64,000 nucleotides of DNA from Porphyridium purpureum (Eukaryota): assembly GCA_008690995.1 (NCBI GenBank), contig VRMN01000017.1:186001-250000 (forward strand). The letters run 5' to 3'. The translations under genes and the position numbers were made by a program. The first letter of the stretch is position 1, and every line of letters starts with the position of its first letter. Under the pieces are notes generated by a model. That model was given only the letters and a program-made list of their open reading frames with translations. It searched no databases and was not told the origin of the DNA. Of this stretch, positions 44,631 to 54,254 are shown one piece after another.

Positions 44631-46081
44631 TACAACGGTACTTTGTTACTGTACTAGCTGACGGGCTCGATGCTTGCGATGATGCTCGCCCATGCGGCAA
44701 GGAGATCTTTGACCAGAAAGAAAGGACATTCATTGCGACGTGAATGTATCATCGACACACGAACAGTTTTGTTTTCCGTGACTGTGCCCTATTATTTCGT
44801 ACGCTGACACTTCTCTTCCACTTTTGCGCAATGAAGTTGGAACTACTTTCGGGTTTGGAAGTTTCCGTGCTCGGAATCAACATGGTCTTTTCTCTTTTCC
44901 CTCTTCGGCTGTGCCTCTTTCAGCTTTTCAAGTGACGTTTGCTCGATCCATGGCACGCGAAAGAAAGAGCAACTCGTAGTTGAGATCCGGTACCGTCGCG
45001 AACTCTGAAAGACCTATACAGGAAGAAGCCAAAGGGCTACAAATCATTCCAGCGCTTCATGAAAACAGCTGGGCAAGCTGTTCACCGCTCGCCATTTGTG
45101 ACCTTTCAATCCTCTGTTTTCGAGAATTTGAAACAACATTGACACAAGTTCGAGTGCCATCGCGGACTGATTTTGATTAGCTCTCACATGTGAACGATAG
45201 AAAGCCTACCGAAACTGACGTTCACAATGATGTTTCCAACATGCTATTCGCCGTGCGCTAGTCTTTTGAAGGTTACGCTCTTCTTGGAAGAAAATATTCT
45301 GGTCGCTTGTACGATGAAGCATCACAGACACAACACCTTTAATGTGAACAAGCCCAGAAGGGGATTGGTGAGCATACAGCGGCAAGCGATTGGGAGATTC
45401 ACGCAAGTCCCCAAAGTAGAGTAGCTTGAGCGCCTTGACGCTCAACGCGGAGACCAATAATTTTTCTCAAAGATTGGCTATTGAGTAAGTTGCACGGGTA
45501 CACACTCAGCTTATGCACAAACGCCCAAAGGCAAAGAGGAATCAAACAGTGGTAGAAGGAACAGCTTTTCTGCAACAAGTCGAATACGTGAAACATGTAT
45601 CTAAATATCTACAGCATCTGATGTTGAGTGAGGACTGCGCGTCGCTTGTACAGCCGTCATCCAGGCCAAAGTCAACAGAATGCGCATGTTTTTCAGATAC
45701 CTTGTCTTGCCGGACAAAAATTGGCGCATACTCGTCGCCCGTGGGCCGCACGCCGTGTGCCCCTTCCAAGCTCCTGCCCCTTGGCCAAACTGCGTTCGAA
45801 TCACGCAATCCCTTGTCGTCAGGTGTTCACTTTGGGTGTCCAGCTCAACCGAGTGTCATTACTTTCGTTGCGAATTGCCGCGAAATGTGATTCCGGCGGA
45901 ATCCATCCATTTTTTCTTTGTAGACTACCGGGTACAAGAAGACGACGCGCGTTGTCGAGAGAAGGGAGGTGGGTGCGGTGAAAGAAAACAAAGGCACTGT
46001 CAGAGCGAGACGTGGATGTAGGAGAGGGCGCGCTCACCTGCATCGCGATTGGTGGACACGAGTTTGCACGTGGAACGGAAG

Positions 46082-47962
46082 ATGACGGAGGCTGATCTTG
46101 GCGTGGAACTTGCGGTGTCTGCGGAAACCATCGAGTGGATTGCCCGCAATGTGTCGAACTTTGTAATTGAGTTCTTGGGACAACCTCAGCAAGATGGCGC
46201 CATGGGGAATGAACATCCGTTCTTTGGGACAGATGCGATCCGCATTCATTTCGAGGAAATGGATATTCAAAATGCGGTCGGAATATCTGACAATATTGAA
46301 AGGCTCTGTCGGAGCATTACTCTGCACATCGTCAATGTAGGCAACGGATTTCCGGACATCGCTGCACAAGAAATTAACGCCGCGCATGGCCGCGCAGAAG
46401 AACTTTCGCGTTTGGGTGTACCAGACGCGCACTTACTTCACATTTGGAACATCGCGTGGAGTGCGGCAAATAATACTTTCCAATATCACCGCCTGCAGAG
46501 CTCCGAGGGCTCGCCAGGGAATCCAACAGCTCTTGCTGACGTGTTCCTGTCGCTCATTGAGATTCATAAGGTCGTGTTGGCATCCGGTGCTCTCGCATGT
46601 TGTTCAGAAACGATAAGGACCATGGCTTCGGACGCGGCAAGGTACGTAGCCAATACGCGCGATGGGATATTAGATGTTGAAGGCGAACATGAAGTGCAGA
46701 GACAAGCACGTGAAGTCGCAGAACATTTGCAAGTCGGACTAGCTGGGGACACAATAGGCGACAGGATGAAGATGATCTTCTTGGACACGACGCATTCTGT
46801 CTGGAATCTGCTGACGGGACAAAACATTGACTCGGATGCGGCCGAAAATGGTCGCCGCATCAGTGACTGCGCACTTCAACTCCAGCGTATCGGGGTGCCT
46901 GGCGATGTGGTGCGTCGAATTCTCTCGCTTGCGTGGGATGCCGCATGTCACGAAGTCACAAGAAGATACCCATCGGGAAACGGAGAGGACGCATACGGTG
47001 CTCTGACGTTGTGGGATCAGCGGCTTACAGATCACGTTCGTTCATTGGCAGCATGCTCGGCATCAGTGCAACCACAAGCAGAAGACCCGTGGTGGCAGTA
47101 CGTCAAGGTAGAACACATGCGCGTCGAGCACGTCGCTCTGCTCTTCGGGAAGCTCATGAGCGACAGAGATACTATGCATGTAGTACTCAAAGAGCAGATT
47201 GACGGCATGGACTTGGTTTCCGTGATGAATGACGACGAGTACAACGCGAAGATGCAAACGGTGCCTCTTGCGCGCGAAAGTAGGCGCGCGCTGGAGCGAT
47301 GGCTGCGCTATAAGAGTGCGAGTGAGCTCGCCTGCGGGCGCAATCTCGAGACGCTCCTGCCCAACGAGTTCGCGCACCTTCTCGAGTTCAACGTCTGCCT
47401 CCGCGCCGAGCTCGCGCGCCGAGTAGTCGATAGGGGAATTTGCGGCAAGGTCCTGGCAGACTTCGATGCCGATGAGGGCATGATGCATGTGCCTTTGAAT
47501 CTGGAGGAGAAGCTTAAAGTTCAAGACTGGCTCACGTTGCGCAAGCGGAAACTTTCTTGCAAGTACGTTCCGTTCCGATCCATGTCGAGCGAGCAGCTCG
47601 CGCATTTACTCTGCGCAGAACTCGGTCTAAGCACGATATACATGCACAAGGTTCTGGATCTGCGCCTTCAAGGAAGCTCGCTCATTGAACTGGACTCGAT
47701 CAGGCGGACGCTGGGCATGCCGACCGAAGAGTTTGAGATCTTGGAAGCATGGGTTACCAGCAGGTGCTCATCCATCGCGCTTGACGGCTACATTCGCAAC
47801 GCTCTGGAAGACAAGCGGCCCGACAATGTGAGGAGTGCGCGTGACACGCTGTACGATCTACGTGATTCAATTCAGCAGTGGGACGCGTGGCTGGAGTATC
47901 GGGCCGACCCAGCACGCGCCGTTCGCGTACAGTGGATCCTTGATCGTTTTCCTGGCCTCTGA
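46082..47962 (+). CDS. Hypothetical protein with two N-terminal helical repeats and three SAM-like repeats
   Basis: Long ORF; LxRxGVP..I..(I/L)AWxAA twice; three ~75-aa units ending IDGMDL / ICGKVL / LQGSSL. Confidence 0.65.
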   Translation: MTEADLGVELAVSAETIEWIARNVSNFVIEFLGQPQQDGAMGNEHPFFGTDAIRIHFEEMDIQNAVGISDNIERLCRSITLHIVNVGNGFPDIAAQEINAAHGRAEELSRLGVPDAHLLHIWNIAWSAANNTFQYHRLQSSEGSPGNPTALADVFLSLIEIHKVVLASGALACCSETIRTMASDAARYVANTRDGILDVEGEHEVQRQAREVAEHLQVGLAGDTIGDRMKMIFLDTTHSVWNLLTGQNIDSDAAENGRRISDCALQLQRIGVPGDVVRRILSLAWDAACHEVTRRYPSGNGEDAYGALTLWDQRLTDHVRSLAACSASVQPQAEDPWWQYVKVEHMRVEHVALLFGKLMSDRDTMHVVLKEQIDGMDLVSVMNDDEYNAKMQTVPLARESRRALERWLRYKSASELACGRNLETLLPNEFAHLLEFNVCLRAELARRVVDRGICGKVLADFDADEGMMHVPLNLEEKLKVQDWLTLRKRKLSCKYVPFRSMSSEQLAHLLCAELGLSTIYMHKVLDLRLQGSSLIELDSIRRTLGMPTEEFEILEAWVTSRCSSIALDGYIRNALEDKRPDNVRSARDTLYDLRDSIQQWDAWLEYRADPARAVRVQWILDRFPGL

Positions 47963-48554
47963 AGTGCTGCTCGCGAATTTGCCCGCTGGTGAAAGGGACG
48001 TGCGAGTTCACTGATTCGGCCAAATATCTGTGAGCAACAGGGGGCGCCCCCCCGCGACCTTGGGAGGCGTTGCTAACGTAGTCGAAAGAGTGCTGCAGCT
48101 CTTCTTTGACCAACGGGTTTTCGACTGGGCAGTTTATTATTATTATTATTATCCATGCCATTCCTCAGTGAGCTTGGAGCTCAAGGCAAGCGCGACGACT
48201 TGGTTTCTCAGCGTCGCACTAGTCGTACATGCACAGCTGCGATCGCCGGATAATCAGAGCCGGCAGGTATATTAGACGGACTGGTCGTGGATCGGACTGT
48301 GTGCGCGAGAAGAACATGTTTGCAGCGTTGACTTGTGACCCATGGAAGGTCCATTTTAGCTGTCCAAGAAATGCATAGATATTCAATGGCAACATTCGCC
48401 CAGACTCGGAACATCGCGCCTTTTCCCTCATTGGGCTTCACCAGTCATTCTACAGAACAGCCGAGTTTGATCAGGACTGCACCCGACGAGCGCTACCACC
48501 TCCAGCTGCAGCACATTCTTTATCAGCGCTTTTGACCTTTTGTCGACATATCCT

Positions 48555-50279
48555 TTATACACAGGCGCATAGTCTTCGTGTGTGGCGAAAACTGCCGCTG
48601 CAGGTCAGCGCACGGCCGTCTGGGTACCCACCGTACGTGACGAGGCACTGACCACGCGTTGCAAGTTCGACCGCATCTGCCTCGACCGCCGCAGGCAAGT
48701 CCGGCCCTGTCTCCAAGCCGCAGCCACTCGGGCAGTCGAAAAAGCGCTCGAGCTGTTCGCACGTGTTGGCGAATTCAAGCTCGCTTGCTGAGCAATTTTT
48801 CCGGATGCTCGCGCATGCCGCATCGCAGCTCTCGCCTCGGCGCGCGGCGAAGAGCTGTGCCTGCGGTGACGGATGCAGCTGCTCCTCTGGACGCAAAAAG
48901 GGACAGACTCTCGCGTCAGCCAGGTACAAGGTGATGTGCGGCGCCTCTGAGAAGAATATCACCTGTACGCCCTTGTAAATGCTGCGTGGCTGCGGGAAAA
49001 TACCTAGTGGGTCGGCCACGTCTTCCACAAAGCGCTCGCGCTTGTAGATGTACAAAAAAGAGCGTGGCGATGAGCTGATGGTTTCTGCTGTCGGTGTGCA
49101 ACGCCCGGAAAGCGTGCCTGATGCGAGATCCACCATTGAGGCATTTTGCAAAGTACGGCACGTTCGCAGCTCGCTGAGTTGCACCAGCGAGCCAATACGA
49201 GTGGCCGAGTCGATTTCCTGCTGGATGTGGCGCATGTATTGCCGCGGCTCGAGGTATTCAAGCTTGGAGTCTGGTACCCACACGGCAGCCGATTCGCACG
49301 CATCTCGATTATCTCTCAGCTCGTCGTCCAATTCATCGACAAAGGCGAGCGTCGCAAGCACGGCGTCAAACTCTTGCTTGCGCACATTGGCTCCGGTGTT
49401 ACCCATGTTGCGCGCGCGGGGCACCACGGGCGCTATACAATCGCGACCCTGCATTTGCGCCGGCAGGCGCAGCCAATGATCCCATCCAGTGGATGCGTTG
49501 GCGTGCACGCCGTCGGGCCACTTCTCGCTGAGCTCGGACAGCCACAGATCGCGTGAAAGCATCCAGCCGAGGCCCGGGAAGAAAGAGGTGCGAAACAAGG
49601 CGTGGCGGACGCTCGGATGGACGAGATGGCGCATCCCATTGTCATTCCAAGCCGAGACGCAAAGCACGGAATACTTTTCGGCATTGCGCAGCAAATGGCG
49701 CGTGCTCGCAAAGAGCGCGCCAAAGTCCGAGCCTACGACCATGTCGTCTTCAAGAAGCACGGCATACTGAAACCCGCGAGCAAACACACGGTCCAGTGCG
49801 CACGCGTAGTGACGCGCAATATTTGTGCGCGCATCCGCATTCACGGGTGAGGACGCCGCGCGCGCACTCGAGGTGGCTTCAGTCCCGACCCTGACGCTGC
49901 CACGTTCACACACCCAGGTCCCTGACACGAGAGCGGCGTGGCGACCACCACTGCCCACACGGCGCAGGATCGAAGCCACTTTGGTGCTACCGCCGTCAAT
50001 CGACACAAACACGGCGTCGAACGCGTCCGCACACGTTGCACAGCGCGCTACGGAGTCCAGTGCCGCGCTCAGTGCCGGCACGCGATTATACGCCAGCACC
50101 ACGAGCGCGATGGACGTCGGTGCGGCGCTGTCCGAAGGGTGACACACAGCTTGGGCGAGCACACCACGCGGAATGGATGCGGATGGCGGCAAGAAGCGCT
50201 CACATGCTGCGCACACCGCGCTCAGCACGAACAGCGCCAGCACGCGTGACCTCGTCGTGGCACGCAAGAGGTCACCCAT
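48555..50279 (-). CDS. GT13 family (GnT-I/MGAT1-like) GlcNAc transferase with Cys-rich C-terminal domain
   Basis: LAYNR, IARHY, LLEDD, CVSAWNDNG, RTSFFPGLGWML, WDHWLR; N-terminal hydrophobic anchor. Confidence 0.9.
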   Translation of the reverse strand: MGDLLRATTRSRVLALFVLSAVCAACERFLPPSASIPRGVLAQAVCHPSDSAAPTSIALVVLAYNRVPALSAALDSVARCATCADAFDAVFVSIDGGSTKVASILRRVGSGGRHAALVSGTWVCERGSVRVGTEATSSARAASSPVNADARTNIARHYACALDRVFARGFQYAVLLEDDMVVGSDFGALFASTRHLLRNAEKYSVLCVSAWNDNGMRHLVHPSVRHALFRTSFFPGLGWMLSRDLWLSELSEKWPDGVHANASTGWDHWLRLPAQMQGRDCIAPVVPRARNMGNTGANVRKQEFDAVLATLAFVDELDDELRDNRDACESAAVWVPDSKLEYLEPRQYMRHIQQEIDSATRIGSLVQLSELRTCRTLQNASMVDLASGTLSGRCTPTAETISSSPRSFLYIYKRERFVEDVADPLGIFPQPRSIYKGVQVIFFSEAPHITLYLADARVCPFLRPEEQLHPSPQAQLFAARRGESCDAACASIRKNCSASELEFANTCEQLERFFDCPSGCGLETGPDLPAAVEADAVELATRGQCLVTYGGYPDGRALTCSGSFRHTRRLCACV

Positions 50280-50656
50280 TCAAACGTCGAAATCATCCCT
50301 GCCTCATGTCCTCTGCTGGCTCCAGAAGAGGAGAAGAAAAAGAAGCGGCCACGCACAGAAACTCCGGGTCATTATCATCGTCTAGACCTCGTTTCGCTCG
50401 CCCAACAGCGTCGCCGCAGTGATCGCCGTAAGGATACCCGCAACAGAGTGGCCGCCGCGATGATGGAATGATGCGCGGTGCTGCCACTGCATCTCTTAGT
50501 GAGTAACACGAATGGATAAGAGTCCGGGTATCTAGTTCACGCGAAGGATTGCGGACCTGGAACGCGTGTGTTGTTCCTTTAGTCAAATGGGTCTCCGTAA
50601 ATAAATCCGAAACAAAGAAAAGCGGGGTCAAAGCCTCAGAATCATGCAACGGCCGT

Positions 50657-52798
50657 CTACGCCACGATACGCGGGTATTCGGCGCGAATGCCGTTCTCCA
50701 TCTCAAAGTCTTCGCCTTCGAGCGGCTCGGAGAACTCGCCTCGACCGTACTCGTCGCGCACAATCGCTTGTTGGTACATGATATCGTCCGGTCGTGGTAC
50801 CAACGCCGGTCCTTCGGACGAGTACGAACTTTCCGTGTCTTCCTCCTCCTTGTTCGCCAAGATGAGAAACAGTGCGACCGCAATGATCAAAATCAACAAC
50901 AGTGCGGCAATGACCGAGATGACCGCAATGGCCCAAGTCGGCAGACCGCCAGACGCACCGCCCGGATCTACCGTTCCTGTTGGTACTGCTGATGGAGTCT
51001 CAATTGTTGAGCCCTCACCACGACGCACCCAATCGGGGTCCACAAACACATCCATCGCAAACTGATCGCTATCTAGGTACTCATCCAGATCCTGCCGCAC
51101 CCTGTTTGCGCCTTCGGCCGGCACAATGGCGCGCATCTCAATCTGAACGCCGTCTGCTTCTACCTGCCTGCCAGACGTGTCCATACCCGCGAGAAACCTT
51201 CTTCGGCCCGAGTTGGATACAGATGTGGGTACAATCGGCCCAAACAAGCTTCCAAAGTCCGGGTTGTTGCGGATCGCCCGAATCACCTTTGAGCATGTGT
51301 TGTTGGAAGTCGACGCCACATCCAGGAGAAGAAACTCGACATAAAACTGAATAATGTTGAATCTCTGGTCGTCATTGTCCAGAGTCCCAGTGATGCACAG
51401 CTCAGAGCTCGAAAACCTCACCTGACTGTTTGCCGCGGGCAACTGTGTGATCGGAGTGACGCCCGTCGTTGCATACTGGGCGTACATGCCAGGTACAAGA
51501 GCCTCGCCGGGCTCAATGGCGTCCGATGGCACGGTTGTCAGCCCCAACAAGTTGAGAAAATAAATTTGGAACGACGGCAACGGTGCATCCAAATCTGTAT
51601 ACGACATGTTTGCATTCACCTGCAACCGCCCGCCGAGTCCAGAGCCTTGGAATTCTGGCATGGTCTGGCTCGGATCACCAAGAGATAAAAAGCCTCCCAC
51701 CATCTCATCGTTCGACGGCCGTGGCGGGTCCACAAGATTGTACAGCGTCCAGGGGAAGATCTCCCAGCCAAAGTAATCAAACGTGTAGGATCTTCCAAAC
51801 TGGGATACGGTCGGCGGCACCGGCACGGACGCAATCGTGACTCGCAGCAGCGTCTCAAATGGCATACCGTTAATGTCCACATTCTCGTTGCCCTCCCACT
51901 CAATGTTGAACATGCCCACGCGGTACGGATTGATTACCAATACCAATGTATCGAGGTCCGGCGTGGCCTCGGAGTAGAAAATTTTGAAGCCACAGCCGGG
52001 GTCCAGTGGAAAGTCATCCGTGGCCGGATCGAATCCACCCTGCTGCGCCACCGGGCACGCGTCGCTATCACTCGTCTGGTTCTGCGGCGGGCCCATCACC
52101 GGCACCACCTGCTTGAGAAGATCATTGTACGGGAAGCGAGAAGCGACTGCCTGGTAGCGCCCAATGACGGGCATCACATACTGTGGCGTGGCCAGAGTGT
52201 CTTGGTAATTGCCCAGGTCGAGACTGTACAGCTCACCGGACACAATCTTCGGATCATCCGGGCTACCCGGGCTCGCGCGATCCGTGCCCGGAGCCAAGAT
52301 CACAAAGCCAAGCACATCAAAGCGCGGCAGCGCCAGGAAGCTTGCCGTGTACGGCTCAGACCCGGGCGACCCATCTCGAATGCTTGTGAAAATTTCGAGC
52401 GTGTAGACGGCGAGCCCGGGCAGGTAGTCAAACTCGAAATTCACCGTGATGTTGAAAACTGTGTAGCCACCCGAGCCAATCCCGCGCTCGGTGGCAACGT
52501 TAAAGTCACAGTCTGGCGCGCACGAAATAATCGTGTTCGCCTGACCTTCTCCCGTGATAACGTTGACGTCCGTCACGTTATCATTGTTTGCAAACGGGCG
52601 CAAAAAGAAAGTCAGCGAATCGGACGCGGAACCGTTTGTCTGCGCAATAATCACCGGCCCTTCGACATCACTGGTGATTTCGCCCGCCACAAAGTCCGAG
52701 CCCTGCGCGCGCGCGGCACCCGTGGCGTAGCTCACAGCCAGCAGGGTGAGCAATACCACCACGCACCCGCGTCTCAGCACAACGGCGTCGCCCGCCAT
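50657..52798 (-). CDS. Type I single-pass membrane protein of unknown function
   Basis: Signal peptide, beta-rich ectodomain, TM helix WAIAVISVIAALLLILIIAVALFLIL, acidic Tyr-containing tail. Confidence 0.8.
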   Translation of the reverse strand: MAGDAVVLRRGCVVVLLTLLAVSYATGAARAQGSDFVAGEITSDVEGPVIIAQTNGSASDSLTFFLRPFANNDNVTDVNVITGEGQANTIISCAPDCDFNVATERGIGSGGYTVFNITVNFEFDYLPGLAVYTLEIFTSIRDGSPGSEPYTASFLALPRFDVLGFVILAPGTDRASPGSPDDPKIVSGELYSLDLGNYQDTLATPQYVMPVIGRYQAVASRFPYNDLLKQVVPVMGPPQNQTSDSDACPVAQQGGFDPATDDFPLDPGCGFKIFYSEATPDLDTLVLVINPYRVGMFNIEWEGNENVDINGMPFETLLRVTIASVPVPPTVSQFGRSYTFDYFGWEIFPWTLYNLVDPPRPSNDEMVGGFLSLGDPSQTMPEFQGSGLGGRLQVNANMSYTDLDAPLPSFQIYFLNLLGLTTVPSDAIEPGEALVPGMYAQYATTGVTPITQLPAANSQVRFSSSELCITGTLDNDDQRFNIIQFYVEFLLLDVASTSNNTCSKVIRAIRNNPDFGSLFGPIVPTSVSNSGRRRFLAGMDTSGRQVEADGVQIEMRAIVPAEGANRVRQDLDEYLDSDQFAMDVFVDPDWVRRGEGSTIETPSAVPTGTVDPGGASGGLPTWAIAVISVIAALLLILIIAVALFLILANKEEEDTESSYSSEGPALVPRPDDIMYQQAIVRDEYGRGEFSEPLEGEDFEMENGIRAEYPRIVA

Positions 52799-53445
52799 CC
52801 TTGCCCCCCTTCTTGATCAAAGCCTCCTCTCGATAGCGCTCCTTCTCGGCATCCACTAACCACTAGAAACCGCGCTCTCTCCGTGTTCTCATGCAGCACG
52901 CCACGCGCGCAACCCCCGAGCCCAGGTCCCCGCTTTTGTATTCTTCCCTGCCAGTCGAGCGTCACGCAATCCCCCGGTCGGCTCTCGCCCAACCACGTCG
53001 CCTTTCACGAACGCCCAAAAAAATCCTGATGCACGACCGCACGCCAACTCGACCGTCTCCCTCCTTCAAGCACAACGCGTCACCGCCCCGAATCGCGTGC
53101 CGCCTTGCCAATCTTATCGCGAATCGCGGCTTCCACTCTCTCTCCGTCCCCCGTTCCAAACCTCCCCCCCACTTCGCCTGCGCGCGCGCAACCAAGCACG
53201 ACCCGCGCGTGTGTGTGTGTATGTCTCTCTCCTCTCCCCCCTCCCTGCTTCCCCTCTCCACCCGCGGCGCCCTTCACACCACGCCGCCGACCTTCCTCTT
53301 CCCCCCTCACCACACACACGCCCCGCTCATCTGTCTCCCTTCCATCGCGTCCTTTTTCTATGACACGCGCCACCCGCCCCGTTTCTCCTCTGCGCGCCCA
53401 GCACACTTCGCCGCACCCAAAACTGCGCAAACAATGAACAAACAA

Positions 53446-54254
53446 CTTTAAATTCTCGCACGCTTGATGATGACAAGCGCACGAACCCGGATGACACAAC
53501 CCTTCTCAGATGACCGAACCCCAGCAACACGACGCACACAGCACAGAGAACACAACCACACGACGCACACAACACAGACGACGAATACCCGGGGCGTGGA
53601 AAATCCAGCGTATAGGGCCTCTACTATTGCCTTTCGCGTCGGCACAGACAGCACCGGTCTCGACAGGGGCAGGGTGTCGTAACGGACAAAGCCGCCGTCT
53701 GCCTTCAGTGCTCCAAGAGCACCGAAACCCCCCAGACACGATGTGCTGCTGGCTCTGCTACACAGGCTCAGCAAAAGGCCCCACGCCTTCCGACGACCAC
53801 GCCCAGGCACCCGACACCAAAGAACAACTCTTCCTTTTATTCTCTGTGTCCTTCTCCCTTGCCTCTCCTTCTTCCGCTCTAAAGAAAATCCGGGGAACCG
53901 CACAGGCCCGCGCCCATTATATACCCCGCCGTCCTTGCTGTCCTTGACGCGGAAGGGAGAAATTATTTCTCCCAAAGGCTGGGCTTTCCTCCGTTCGTTC
54001 CACAGAACGAAGCCACAGCCAGCCACGTCAGCAAGCGGCTCAATGGGTGCTGGCCGGCCGCCAAGCGGCTCCTGCTTCCCTCGGACACGCGACTCCGGCT
54101 CCTCGGGGCGAAAGACAACAATGCACAAACCAGAGGTACAGGGTAAAAAAACCACGTGGGCGAAAAAGCCCCTGTACCTCAAACAATTCCGAGACGCCGT
54201 ACCTCCGGGTGTACACCCAGGGCGTCTCTCGGACCGGAACACTTTTAATCCATG
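53446..54254 (-). repeat. 3' LTR
   Basis: Direct repeat of 58641-59419 with a few substitutions and a ~30-nt internal duplication near 53530-53570. Confidence 0.92.
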
